Assembly (NCBI GenBank): GCA_964016885.1
Contig: OZ024744.1
Span: 98,146,001-98,210,000, forward strand
Origin: Eledone cirrhosa
Taxonomy: Eukaryota
Direction of reading: 5' to 3'
DNA: 64,000 bases
Within the stretch, counting starts at the first letter, position 1, and each line of letters begins with the position of its first letter. The notes under the pieces were generated by a model, which saw only the letters and a program-made list of their open reading frames with translations, searched no databases and was not told the origin of the DNA. The position numbers and the translations under genes are program-made. Below are positions 51,359-64,000 of this stretch, piece after piece.

Positions 51359-53252
51359 CACACTACATCCAATTCCTCTTATGCTGAGTTTTTCAGCTCA
51401 CACCACCTCTGACCAAGTCTCCCTCTACTTACTAGTTTCCTTCCACTGAAATTTCTTGACACTTCTTCATCCATGCACATCACATGTCCATACCAACGTA
51501 GTCTTCTCTCTTGCACACTACATCCAATTCCTCTTATGCTGAGTTTTTCAGCTCACACCACCTCTGACCAAGTCTCCCTCTACTTACTATAGTTTCCTTC
51601 CACTGAAATTTCTTGACACTTCTTCATCCATGCACATCACATGTCCATACCAACGTAGTCTTCTCTCTTGCACACTACATCCAATTCCTCTTATGCTGAG
51701 TTTTTCAGCTCACACCACCTCTGACCAAGTCTCCCTCTACTTACTATAGTTTCCTTCCACTGAAATTTCTTGACACTTCTTCATCCATGCACATCACATG
51801 TCCATACCAACGTAGTCTTCTCTCTTGCACACTACATCCAATTCCTCTTATGCTGAGTTTTTCAGCTCACACCACCTCTGACCAAGTCTCCCTCTACTTA
51901 CTATAGTTTCCTTCCACTGAAATTTCTTGACACTTCTTCATCCATGCACATCACATGTCCATACCAACGTAGTCTTCTCTCTTGCACACTACATCCAATT
52001 CCTCTTATGCTGAGTTTTTCAGCTCACACCACCTCTGACCAAGTCTCCCTCTACTTACTATAGTTTCCTTCCACTGAAATTTCTTGACACTTCTTCATCC
52101 ATGCACATCACATGTCCATACCAACGTAGTCTTCTCTCTTGCACACTACATCCAATTCCTCTTATGCTGAGTTTTTCAGCTCACACCACCTCTGACCAAG
52201 TCTCCCTCTACTTACTATAGTTTCCTTCCACTGAAATTTCTTGACACTTCTTCATCCATGCACATCACATGTCCATACTAACATAGTCTTCTCTCTTGCA
52301 CACTACATCCAATTCCTCTTTTGCTGAGTTTTTCAGCTCACACCACCTCTGACCAAGTCTCCCTCTACTTACTATAGTTTCCTTCCACTGAAATTTCTTG
52401 ACACTTCTTCATCCATGCACATCACATGTCCATACTAACATAGTCTTCTCTCTTGCACACTACATCCAATTCCTCTTATGCTGAGTTTTTCAGCTCACAC
52501 CACCTCTGACCAAGTCTCCCTCTACTTACTATAGTTTCCTTCCACTGAAATTTCTTGACACTTCTTCATCCATGCACATCACATGTCCATACCAACGTAG
52601 TCTTCTCTCTTGCACACTACATCCAATTCCTCTTATGCTGAGTTTTTCAGCTCACACCACCTCTGACCAAGTCTCCCTCTACTTACTATAGTTTCCTTCC
52701 ACTGAAATTTCTTGACACTTCTTCATCCATGCACATCACATGTCCATACCAACGTAGTCTTCTCTCTTGCACACTACATCCAATTCCTCTTTTGCTGAGT
52801 TTTTCAGCTCACACCACCTCTGACCAAGTCTCCCTCTACTTACTATAGTTTCCTTCCACTGAAATTTCTTGACACTTCTTCATCCATGCACATCACATGT
52901 CCATACTAACGCAGTCTTCTCTCTTGCACACTACATCCAATTCCTCTTTTGCTGAGTTTTTCAGCTCACACCACCTCTGACCAAGTCTCCCTCTACTTAC
53001 TATAGTTTCCTTCCACTGAAATTTCTTGACACTTCTTCATCCATGCACATCACATGTCCATACTAACGCAGTCTTCTCTCTTACACACTACATCCAATTC
53101 CTCTTTTGCTGAGTTTTTCAGCTCACACCACCTCTGACCAAGTCTCCCTCTACTTACTATAGTTTCCTTCCACTGAAATTTCTTGACACTTCTTCATCCA
53201 TGCACATCACATGTCCATACCAACGTAGTCTTCTCTCTTACACACTACATCC
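51359..53252. repeat. 157-bp tandem array, about 12 units, derived from RTE ORF C-terminus
   Basis: Unit starts at 51359, 51514, 51671, 51828 ... 53241; minus strand encodes QERRLRWYGHVMCM. Confidence 0.95.
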
Positions 53253-53666
53253 AACTCACAGCACCTCTGACCAGGTCTCCCTCTAACGCAGTTTCCTTCC
53301 ACTAGGATTTCTTGGCATTTCTTCACCCAGCCAACATCATCCATGCACACCACATGTCCATACCAACACAGTGTCTCTCTTACACACTACATCCAATTCC
53401 ACTTATACCATGTTTTTCAGCTCACACCGCCTCTGACCAGGTCTTCTTTCCACTGAGATTTCATGGCACTTCTTCACCCAGCAATCATCATTCGTGTACA
53501 TCACATGTCCATACAAGCAAAGACGCAATATATTAGTCAATGAAACAATTATTCTAGCAATGACATAATATCAATAACTTCACGTGAAATTATACAAGCA
53601 AAATATATCCACCTTTTTTCTTTTTCTTTCTGAAGCATTGAGATTGATTTAACTTAATACTTAGAT

Positions 53667-54376
53667 TCATCATCACCATCACCATCACCACCACCACCAC
53701 CACCATCATCACCACCATCACCACCACCATCATCACCACCACCACCACCACTACCACCACCACCACCACCATCATCACCACCACCATCACCACCACCATC
53801 ACCACCACCACCATCATCACCACCACCACCATCATCACCACCACCATCACCACTACCACCACCACCATCATCACCACCACCACCACCACCACCACCACCA
53901 CCACCACCACCATCACCTTCATCACCACAACCACCACCACCACCACCACCATCACCACCACCACCACCACCACCACCATCATCACCACCACCACCACCAC
54001 CTTCACCACCACCACCACCACCACCACCACCACCACCACCACCACGAACACCACCACCACCATCACCATCACCACCACCACCTTCATCACCACCACCACC
54101 ACCACCACCACCACCACCATCACCACCACCACCACCATCACCACCACCACCACCACCACAACCACCACCACCACCACCATCACCACCACCACCACCACCA
54201 CCACCACCACCACCACCACCACCACCACCACCACCACCACCACCACCACCACCACCACCACCACAAACACCACCACCACCATCACCATCACCACCACCAC
54301 CTTCATCACCACCACCACCACCACCACCACCATCACCACCAACACCATCACCATCACCACCACCACCACCAACACC
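53667..54376. repeat. About 700-bp (CAC/CAT)n microsatellite
   Basis: Direct reading. Confidence 0.95.
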
Positions 54377-55203
54377 AGAGAGAGAGGGGATTATTCCTTC
54401 CAGGTGTTGAAGGTTTTTGCTTGTACAGATGAAGCTCCCTATTTCTTGTAAAACTACATTTACAGACACTTGGGAAGTATTGGAGAGGAGAGAAGAAAAA
54501 AAAAACATGCCTAGAAGGATAATCTTTGTCTGTTAGACCTGAGCAGTCAGTTTGACTAGTTTGACTAGTTTGACTAGTATGACTAGTTTGACTAGTATGG
54601 CTTGTATGGCCAGAGAGCACATGACAGTTTGGCAGATGTATATTTAGATGTGAAATATAATGAGGTGATCATTATTCTATTTGTACAAACACATTAACAC
54701 CGAGAAACTATTTGGGAGTTGGGGTGGAAGAGATTAAGAATATCAGTGCGTTTGTCATATGGCATGCAAGTAGGAGAGGAGATTAACATCTATAAGCTGT
54801 TTAAGCTTCCATATTTAATCCTAATAATAATAATTTAATTGTTTCTACGTTAGGCACAAGTCCAGCAATTACCCCACCCAGTGCATTACTGGTACTTTAT
54901 TTTATCGACCCCCGTAAGGATGAAAGGCAAAGTTAACCTCGGCGGGATTTGAACTCAGAATGGCAAGGGCCGTAACTCTATACGTCAAAGCATGGTGTAC
55001 CAATACTGCCAATCCATTAATGCCAATCCATTAATGCTAACCAGCCTAATTCCCTACGTTTTTTTAATGATCGTCTACAGAATATTCTACAGATAAAAGA
55101 ATATTTTATTTATAGAATAATTCTACAAATAAAATATTCAGCTTACTATTTTTTTTTTTTTTTTTTTTCCATTAAAAAAATGTTAAGAATATCTTGTCCT
55201 ACA

Positions 55204-55389
55204 TTAACCCTTTAGCATTTAAACCAGCCATAACCAGCCAGAATTACCTCTTACCTCTTACCATATTATTTATTTTCTTCTCAAAATAAATAATATCAAA
55301 ATCTCATAGATTTGATATTATGTGAGATAAAATGTTTACTGTAAACATTCAATAGTAAATATAGAGTAATGTAAATACTAAAGGGTTAA
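55204..55389. mobile_element. piggyBac-type MITE
   Basis: TTAA|CCCTTTAGCATTTA ... TAAATACTAAAGGG|TTAA. Confidence 0.8.
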
Positions 55390-55981
55390 ACATAATATCT
55401 GGAAGAGAAGATTAAACGGGTGTCTGTGTCTTCTTGTCACTACATAGACACCTAAAACCCTTGGTGAAAACATGGTTATATACTACCAAGTCATACTCGA
55501 TTGTGAGTGGGAGAGTGAAAAGAGTGTCTGTGTCTGCTCACAATTGTGTGGATAGACATCTAGGAAGCCCCTAGTGATCTTAGTGCTTTGTTGAAGAGAT
55601 TGACATCTAGCGGCTTGTTTGCCCACCCCTTTCACCTGCCTTTTGTTGTATGTGGTCCTAGATGTGTGTATTACCTGCTTGTGTGGTTTTTTTCTTTTTT
55701 TTTTGTTTCTCTTTTTTAATTATTTGTAATGTTATTTATAAAACAAAAGACCCACCTTCCCATGAGTACAGGCTGAAGCATACATATAGTATGTACCACC
55801 TTCACCTCCATACCACCCACCCCTTCCATACAACTCCCATGAGCACAAGCTGAAGCATACATGTTAGTGTACACCACCTTCACTCCCCACTTCAATTTAC
55901 CTCACATGTTCAAACACTCTGCCCCTCACACATGCCCATATACCCACCTCTCTAATCACCACACACCTCTCCCACTAAAAT

Positions 55982-58900
55982 CCCCAGTCCACACTGTAAA
56001 GTGGTCATGTAGATGTCACGACAAAAAGTACCCAGTCCACACTGTAAAGTGGTCGTGTAGATGTCACGACAAAAAGCACCCAGTCCACACTGTAAAGTGG
56101 TCGTGTAGATGTCACGACAAAAAGTACCCAGTCCACACTGTAAAGTGGTTGTGTAGGTGTCACCACAAAAAGCATCCAGTCACACTATAAAGTGGTCATG
56201 TAGGTGTCATGACAAAAAGCACCCAGTCCACACTGTAAAGTGGTCATGTAGGTGTCATGACAAAAAGCACCCAGTACACACTGTAAAGTGGTCATGTAGG
56301 TGTCATGACAAAAAGCACCCAGTCCATACTGTAAAGTGGTCATGTAGGTGTCATGACAAAAAGCAACCAGTCCACACTGTAAAGTGGTCATGTTGGTGTC
56401 ATGACAAAAAGCACCCAGCCCACACTGTAAAGTGGTTGTGTAGGTGTCACCACAAAAAGCATCCAGTCACACTGTAAAGTGGTTATGTAGGTATCATGAC
56501 AAAAAGCACCCAGTCCACACTGTAAAGTGGTCGTGTAGGTGTCACGACAAAAAGCATCCAGTCCACACTGTAAAGTGGTCATGTAGGTGTCACGACAAAA
56601 ACCATCCAGTCCACACTGTAAAGTGGTCATGTAGGTGTCACAACAAAAAGTACCCAGTCCACACAGTCAAGTGGTTGTGTAGATGTCACAACAAAACGCA
56701 CCCAGTCCACACAGTCAAGTGGTTGTGTAGATGTCACAACAAAACGCACCCAGTCCACACTGTAAAGTGGTCATGTAGGTGTCATGACAAAAAGCACACA
56801 GTCCACACTGCAAAGTGGGCATGAAGGTGTCACAACAAAAACACCCAGCCCACACTGTACAGTGGTCATGTAGGTGTCACGACAAAAAGCACCCAGTCCA
56901 CACTGTAAAGTGGTCATGTCGGTGTCACAACAAAAATCACCCAGTACACACTGTAAAGTGGTCATTTAGGTGTCATGACAAAAAACACCCAGTCCACACT
57001 GTAAAGTGGTCATGTAGGTGTCACGACAAAAAGCATCCAGTCCACACTGTAAAGTGGTCATGTAGGTGTCACAACAAAAAGTACCCAGTCCACACTGTAA
57101 AGTGGTCATGTAAGTGTCACAACAAAAAGCACCCAGCCCATGCCGTAAAGTGGTCATGTAGGTGTCACAACAAAAAGCATCCAGTCCACACTGTAAAGTG
57201 GTCGTATAGGTGTCACAACAAAAAGCACCCACTCTACACTGTAAAGTGGTCATGTAGGTGTCACGACAAAAAGCATCTAGCCCATGCTGTGAAGTGGTCA
57301 TGTAGGTGTCACGACAAAAAGCACCCAGTCCACACTGTAAAGTGATCATGTCGGTGTCATGACAAAAAGCATCCAGTCCACACTGTAACGTGGTCGTGTA
57401 GGTGTCACGACAAAAATGCTCTAGCCCACACTGTAAAGTGGTCATGTAGGTGTCACGTCAAAAAGCACCCAGTCCACACTTTAAAGTGGTCATGTAGGTG
57501 TCACGACAAAAATCACCCATTCCACACTGCAAAGTGGTCATGAAGGTGTCATGACAAAAAGCACCTAGTCCACGCTGTGAAGTGGTCATGTAGATATCAT
57601 GACAAAAAGCATCCAGTCCATACTAATGTGGTCATGTAGGTGTCACAACAAAAAGTACCCAGTCCACACTGTAAAGTGGTCATGTAGGTGTCACAACAAA
57701 AAGCAGGTGTCATGACAAAAAGCAGGTGTCATGACAAAAAGCAGGTGTCATGACAAAAAGCAGGTGTCATGACAAAAAGCACCCAGCCCACGCTTAAAGT
57801 GGTCAAGTAGGTGTCATGAGAAAAAGCACCCAGGACACACTATAAAGTGGTCGTGTATGTGTCACAACAAAAAGCATCCAGTCCACACTGTAAAGTGGTC
57901 GTGTAAGTATCATGACAAAAAGCATGGTCGTGTAAATGTCACGACAAAAAGCACCCAGTCCACACTGTAAAGTGGTCATGTAGGTGTCACAACAAAAAGC
58001 ACCCAGCCCACGCTGTAAAGTGGTCATGTAGATGTCATGATAAAAATCACCCAACCCACGCTTAAAGTGGTCATGTAGGTGTCATGACAAAAAGCATCCA
58101 GCCCACACTGTAAAGTGGTCGTGTAGATGTCACAACAAAAGGCACCCAGTCCACACTGTAAAATGGCCATGTAGGTGTCACAACAAAAAGTACCCAATCC
58201 ACACTGTAAAGTGGTCATGTAGGTGTCACAACAAAAAGCACCCAGCCCACACTGTAAAGTGGTTATGTAGGTGTCACAACAAAAGTCACCCAGTCCACAC
58301 TGTAAAGTGGTCATGTAGGTGTCATGACAAAAAGCATCCAGTCCACACTGTAAAGTGGTCATGTAGGTGTCACAACAAAAAGTACCCAGTCCACACTGTA
58401 AAGTGGTCATGTAGGTGTCACAACAAAAAGCACCCAGCCCACGCTGTAAAGTGGTCATGCAGGTGTCATGCAAAAAGCACCCAGCCCACGCTTAAAGTGG
58501 TCAAGTAGGTGTCATGAGAAAAAGCACCCAGGACACACTATAAAGTGGTCGTGTATGTGTCACAACAAAAAGCATCCAGTCCACACTGTAAAGTGGTCGT
58601 GTAAGTGTCATGACAAAAAGCATGGTCGTGTAGATGTCACAACAAAAAGCACCCAGTCTACACTGTAAAGTGGTCATGTAGGTGTCACGACAAAAAGCAT
58701 CTAGCCCACGCTGTGAAGTGGTCATGTAGGTGTCACGACAAAAAGCACCCAGTCCACACCGTAAAGTGGTCATGTAGGTGTCACAACAAAAAGCACCCAC
58801 CCCACGCTGTAAAGTGGTCATGTAGATGTCATGATAAAAATCACCCAACCCACGCTTAAAGTGGTCGTGTAGGTGTCATGACAAAAAGCATCCAGCCCAC

Positions 58901-59295
58901 ACTGTAAAGTGGTCATGTAGATGTCACAACAAAAGGCACCCAGTCCACACTGTAAAATGGTCATGTAGGTGTCATAACAAAAAGTACCCAATCCACACTG
59001 TAAAGTAGTCATGTAGGTGTCACAACAAAAAGCACCCAGCCCACACTGTAAAGTGGTTATGTAGGTGTCACAACAAAAGTCAGCCAGTCCACACTGTAAA
59101 GTGATCATGTAGGTGTCATGACAAAAAGCACCCAGTACACATTGTAAAGTGGTCATCTAGGTGTCATTAGACAAAGCACACAGTCCACACTGTAAAGTGG
59201 TCATGTAGGTGTCATGACAAAAAACACCCAGCCCACACTGTAAAGTGGTCATGTAGGTGTCACAACAAAAAGCATCCAGTCCACGCTGTAAAGTG
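55982..59295 (+). repeat. 48-bp minisatellite, about 68 units, expanded inside a SINE/RTE-UTR-type repeat
   Basis: Unit cccagtccacactgtaaagtggtcatgtaggtgtcacgacaaaaagca; continues into aagggcatccagctgtagaaacc and a (gat)n tail ending at 59458. Confidence 0.95.
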
Positions 59296-60929
59296 GTTGG
59301 CGTTAGTAAGGGCATCCAGCTGTAGAAACCAAGCTAAAATCAGTCTTGTATGAACAAGACATGGTCACCTGACCTGTCTGTCTCAAACGGGACAATTCGT
59401 CTAACCCATACTAGCATGAAAAGATGTACATTAAATGGTGATGATGATGATGATGATGAAAACTTGTTCACTTATTTAGAGGACATCACAAAATGTGTGG
59501 TATGACCAAAGAGAAATAAAACAAAAATGTACTCTGAATTCTGGAAAAGTTGCCCATACATCAAATGTGACACTAAATATGACAAATGCAAATTTTCTAC
59601 TATATCAATATATGTATATCTAGGTTATCAAATGAACCATAATGAATAACACCCTGATCCTTCATGTTTGAGTCTACTTTTTAAAAAATCCCTATCTTTT
59701 ATTACAGGTCTGTTTGCTTATTATTTCAAGGGGTTCTTCAGAGAAACTGTAGCAACAATCAAGGGTCTTATCTTAACATCCTGTAATGATTTAGCAGAAA
59801 ATATCTTCAATCATGGTTGTTAATTCAAATGTGTGTAATATAGTATCTTTACTGGTGGACAGAATTTTTGTGAAAATATACAGTATTATCTCTTAACAAA
59901 TACTTCAGTATTTAACAACCTATAATGATTTAGCAGAAAATATCTAAAAATAGGTTTGTTAATTTAAATGTTTAGAGAATCTTTACTAGTGGACAGATTG
60001 TCATGAATGATTGCAGTATTATATCTTGTGGATTGGCAGTATTAGTAGAGGGTCAGACGCCATGCTTTGCAGTAAAGAGTTACGGCCCTTTATGGTCTGA
60101 GTTCAAATCCCACCAAGGTTAACTTTGCCTTTCATCCTTACGGGATCGATAAAGTAATCTACCAGTAATGCTCTGGCCTTGTACCAAAAGTAGAAATAAT
60201 TATAACTTAACATACTATAATAGTTTAACAGAAAATATCTAAAAACAGGTTTTTTTATTCAAAAATTATATAGTACCTTTACTGGAAGACAGATTGCTGT
60301 GAACATTTGTAGTATTAAAAACTTTAATTTTTAATATGATGCAGTCAATTATGCTGCTTTAAACTTTCAAGAATGTCTGTTAATGTGGTTTCATGTGGTA
60401 CGTTAATTTAAATGTTTACAGTAGATTTATTGTGGACATTTGCTGAAAATTAAAGTAAAGACTTCAAATTTTCATGTGATGTAATCATAGCCATGTTAAG
60501 TACTTCTTTTTTAAAAAATGACCTGTTAAAATGGTTTAATGTAGTGTAGGTTGTTAAAAGTTAAAAACAGCTAATGCACATTTACATTTTCTTAACCAAA
60601 ATAGTAGGTTTGCAGCATTTTTTTTCTTTTTTTCTTGATTACTAAATTCTTCTAAGAAAGATATTACACACCAGAACCACCTGTCTGAGAGCTGGTGCTG
60701 CCTAAATGTAGCACTGCTTCTGTTTAGGCAAATAATTTACTCAACTGACTCTTCAGAATTTCACAGAGAGAGAGTGAGAGAGAGAGAGAGATCAGACTAG
60801 CAATTAAAATTGATGCCATTCCATTCTATTATGAAATCTGACACCTTTCTTTTTTTTTTTATCTCTTAATGCTGCTGCAAATGCACAACTACATAATGTT
60901 TGTGTGGTGCTGCTTTGTAGAGCAACCCT

Positions 60930-62318
60930 TTAGAACTCTAGACATCCATCTTCCACCCTGGGATAACGACATTATCAACCATTTTGCTCGGGGTCTACCC
61001 CTGTGTCTCTTACTGGTTGGTTTTACCCTGTAAAATCTGTCCAGCGATTCTTTTCTGAGATATTCTAACCACATGCACATAAGTATCGGAGCTGTGATCT
61101 CTCAATTCGGAGAAGTAGCGGCTCTACTGGAGTGACTCTCTGATCTCCAAGCTACAAATTTGTCCAGCAATTCTTTCCTGAGACATTCTAACTACATGAC
61201 CATAGTATTAGAGCAGTTATCTCTCAATTTGGATAAGTAGCAGCTCTATCTGGAGTGACTCACTGATCTCCAAGCTACAAATTTGTCCAGCAATTCTTTC
61301 CTGAAGATATTCTAACTACATGACCATAGTATTAGAGCAGTTATCTCTCAATTTGGAGAAGTAGCAGCTCTATCTGGAGTGACTCACTGATCTCCAAGCT
61401 ACAAATTTGTCCAGCAATTCTTTCCTGAGACATTCTAACTACATGACCATAGTATTAGAGCAGTTATCTCTCAATTTAGATAAGTAGCAGCTCTATCTGG
61501 AGTGACTCACTGATCTCCAAGCTACAAATTTGTCCAGCAATTCTTTCCTGAGACATTCTAACTACATGACCATAGTATTAGAGCAGTTATCTCTCAATTT
61601 AGATAAGTAGCAGCTCTATCTGGAGTGACTCACTGATCTCCAAGCTACAAATTTGTCCAGCAATTCTTTCCTGAGACATTCTAACTACATGACCATAGTA
61701 TTAGAGCAGTTATCTCTCAATTTAGATAAGTAGCAGCTCTATCTGGAGTGACTCACTGATCTCCAAGCTACAAATTTGTCCAGCAATTCTTTCCTGAGAC
61801 ATTCTAACTACATGACCATAGTATTAGAGCAGTTATCTCTCAATTTAGATAAGTAGCAGCTCTATCTGGAGTGACTCACTGATCTCCAAGCTACAAATTT
61901 GTCCAGCAATTCTTTCCTGAGACATTCTAACTACATGACCATAGTATTAGAGCAGTTATCTCTCAATTTGGATAAGTAGCAGCTCTATCTGGAGTGACTC
62001 ACTGATCTCCAAGCTACAAATTTGTCCAGCAATTCTTTCCTGAAGACATTCTAACTACATGACCATAGTATTAGAGCCGTTATCTCTCTCAGCTCTACTG
62101 AGAGTGATTCTCTGATCTCCAAGCTATGCATTCTGAGTAACGTTACTCTAAAGACCCTTTGGATAAACCCCATTTTGGCCGCTTGTATTCACAATCGTAT
62201 TCTTTCGGTCATTACCCAAGATTCATGACCATAGGCAAGGGTTGACATGAAAACCGAACTGAAGATAGAGAGTTTGGCTTTTACGCCAACCTCCCTTCTT
62301 CTAATTACTGAATGCTGA
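60930..62318 (-). mobile_element. RTE (Expander-like) LINE relic containing a tandem array
   Basis: KAKLSIFSSVF..LAYGHESWVMTER..IQAA, VEPLLLRIERSQLR, RHRGRPRAKW. Confidence 0.8.
61040..62125. repeat. 123-bp tandem array, about 8-9 units
   Basis: ctacaaattt recurs at 61152, 61275, 61399, 61522, 61645, 61768, 61891, 62014. Confidence 0.95.
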
Positions 62319-63176
62319 TCTATTAATTGTTATTAATGGATATTCCAATTTTTTCATCCCTTGCAACCTCATTTCTTCTTTAACTGTCATCTTTTATTTG
62401 ATTGTGTTATTTATTATCTTCAATTTCCAGAGTAATGTCTAATCAGATTGAGGAACTTTTTTTATGTCTTCTGAACTGAAATGTCTCAACTTGCCACTCA
62501 ACCCCACACTGCACTACCAGAAATGGGCTGTGTGTACAGTATGTTGTTATTGTTCAGATAACCAGAATATAAGAAACTGTGGTTAAATGAAATGGTATGG
62601 TATGGTCCCGTAACTCTTCGGGGAATCACAGGGGCACCTTATTGACATATGGCGTATCTTGGGTATTTGAAGCCTGGTGGAGTCCATCCCATTCCAGGCC
62701 TGAGTACAGCAGATTTCTTCCAGAGAAAGATAGAGAGAGGAAATGAGAAAGAGATATAGAGGAAGAATCGACCCCAGTACCAGACTGGTACTTTTTTTAT
62801 TGACATCGAAAGGATGAAAGGCAAACTTGGCCTCAGTGGGATTTGAACTCAGAAAGCAGAGAGCTGGAACAAATACCATAAAGCATTCTATCCGATGTTC
62901 TAACGACTCTGTCAATTTTCCACCTGTAGCTAAAATACCAAAAACTTTTTGTCCAATGCTCAAATGATTCTGCCAATCTGCCACCCTAACATACTTTAAA
63001 TATCTACCTATACAGACATGGGAATCTGTTCTACCTGACACCTTACCTTACCGTTGATGTAAGCCTTAATGGATATATATATATATGTATGTAAAAGGTA
63101 AACAGAAATAACAATACAATTGGTACAGTATATGGAAGGTATATATTAGGTTAACGCTTGATATAGCAGGAAGAGA

Positions 63177-63212
63177 TCTTAACATTTCGGATGCTAGTCC
63201 TTCATCAGAAGA
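63177..63212 (-). ncRNA. Minimal hammerhead, second copy of the 47.7-kb repeat (63090-63300)
   Basis: tctt-CTGATGA-a-ggac tagc atcc-GAAA-tg-TT-aaga. Confidence 0.65.
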
Positions 63213-63508
63213 AAGAATGAGAAATAAAATAGATTAAGGGGACGGGCGGGATGGAATTGGAAAAAAATGTCTTTAGATAAAAATAATAGGTCCATTCATG
63301 TTGACATCTCTTGCAAATATATATATATAAAAGAAAAAAATGAACACCTCATGAATGTCTCTTTGCTTTTCCTCGCTGAGAAAAATTCAGTTGTGGTGGT
63401 GTTTGTATGGACTTGTAACTCCTGAGGGAGTCATAGAAGCACCACATTAACATATGGAGTTTCTAGGGCATGTCTTTTTTACCCTGGTGGAGTTCATCTC
63501 CTTCACTA

Positions 63509-64000
63509 TCATCATCATCATCATCATCATCGATTAACGTCTATCTTCCACACTAGCATGGGTTAGTCCCATTTAGAGGCAAGTGGGGTCGGGTGATCAT
63601 GTCTCACTCACATACGGGTGTTTCTGGCTGGTTTTCTACAGCTGGATTCCCTTCATAACTCCAACCACATTGACAGGGTGCTTTTTGTCGTGTCTTTTAC
63701 ATGTCCACTTTACAGCATGGCTGGGTGTTTTTTGTTGTGTCTTTTACATGTCCACTTTACAGCATGGCTGGGTGCTTTTGTCAAGTCTTTTACATGTCCA
63801 CTTTACAGCGTGGCTGGGTGCTTTTGTCATGTCTTTTATATGTTCACTTTACAGTGTGGGCTGGGTGCTTTTGTCATGTCTTTTACATGTCCACTTTACA
63901 GTGTGGGCTGGGTGCTTTTGTCATGTCTTTTACATGTCCACTTTACAGTGTGGGCTGGGTGCTTTTGTCATGTCTTTTATATGTCCCCTTTACAGTGTGG
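63509..64000 (-). repeat. SINE/RTE-UTR-type repeat with about 47-bp minisatellite expansion, runs off the window
   Basis: (cat)n tail, Meta-like domain, then units ccactttacagtgtgggctgggtgcttttgtcatgtcttttacatgt. Confidence 0.85.

Noticed and set aside
53590-54508. Poly-Gly/Val ORFs, and the poly-His ORF at 44093
   Set aside because: Translations of (CAC/CAT)n microsatellites.
54510-54700. Minus-strand exon with (SQT)n repeat
   Set aside because: In-frame stops follow the only plausible acceptor; better explained as a 9-bp tandem repeat.
55982-59295. CRISPR-like array or 16-aa repeat protein (HPVHTVKWSCRCHDKK)
   Set aside because: No unique spacers, frequent frameshifts, and the unit is a SINE-internal module.
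59708-62539. Candidate plus-strand exons at 59708 and 62431-62539
   Set aside because: Splice-like signals only; no recognisable protein or consistent reading frame.

Overview
Repeat-saturated, AT-rich eukaryotic DNA with no recognisable host protein-coding gene. The SINE set, RTE LINEs with (GAT)n tails and abundant (TA)n suggest an octopus or other coleoid cephalopod (inference). Contents: several RTE-clade LINEs (one family with three C-terminal C2H2 fingers), CRE-clade and Tx1/L1-clade LINE 3' ends, at least five Penelope-like element (PLE) remnants, DD37D (maT) and mariner transposase relics, a piggyBac-type MITE, Helitron-like ends, tRNA-derived SINEs, and three tandem arrays built from RTE or SINE sequence. 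Two patterns stand out. (1) Thirteen minimal type-I hammerhead ribozyme motifs with complete cores, from about seven sequence families and mostly in PLE-type palindromes; these were folded by eye. (2) Three inverted-repeat elements sharing a GGC-N7-A-NN-TTTARCG-N-YCT terminus with 8-9 bp target duplications (Merlin-like), two of which carry retroelement ends copied into both arms. Most listed ORFs are microsatellite artefacts. Coordinates were read manually and may be off by a few bases.
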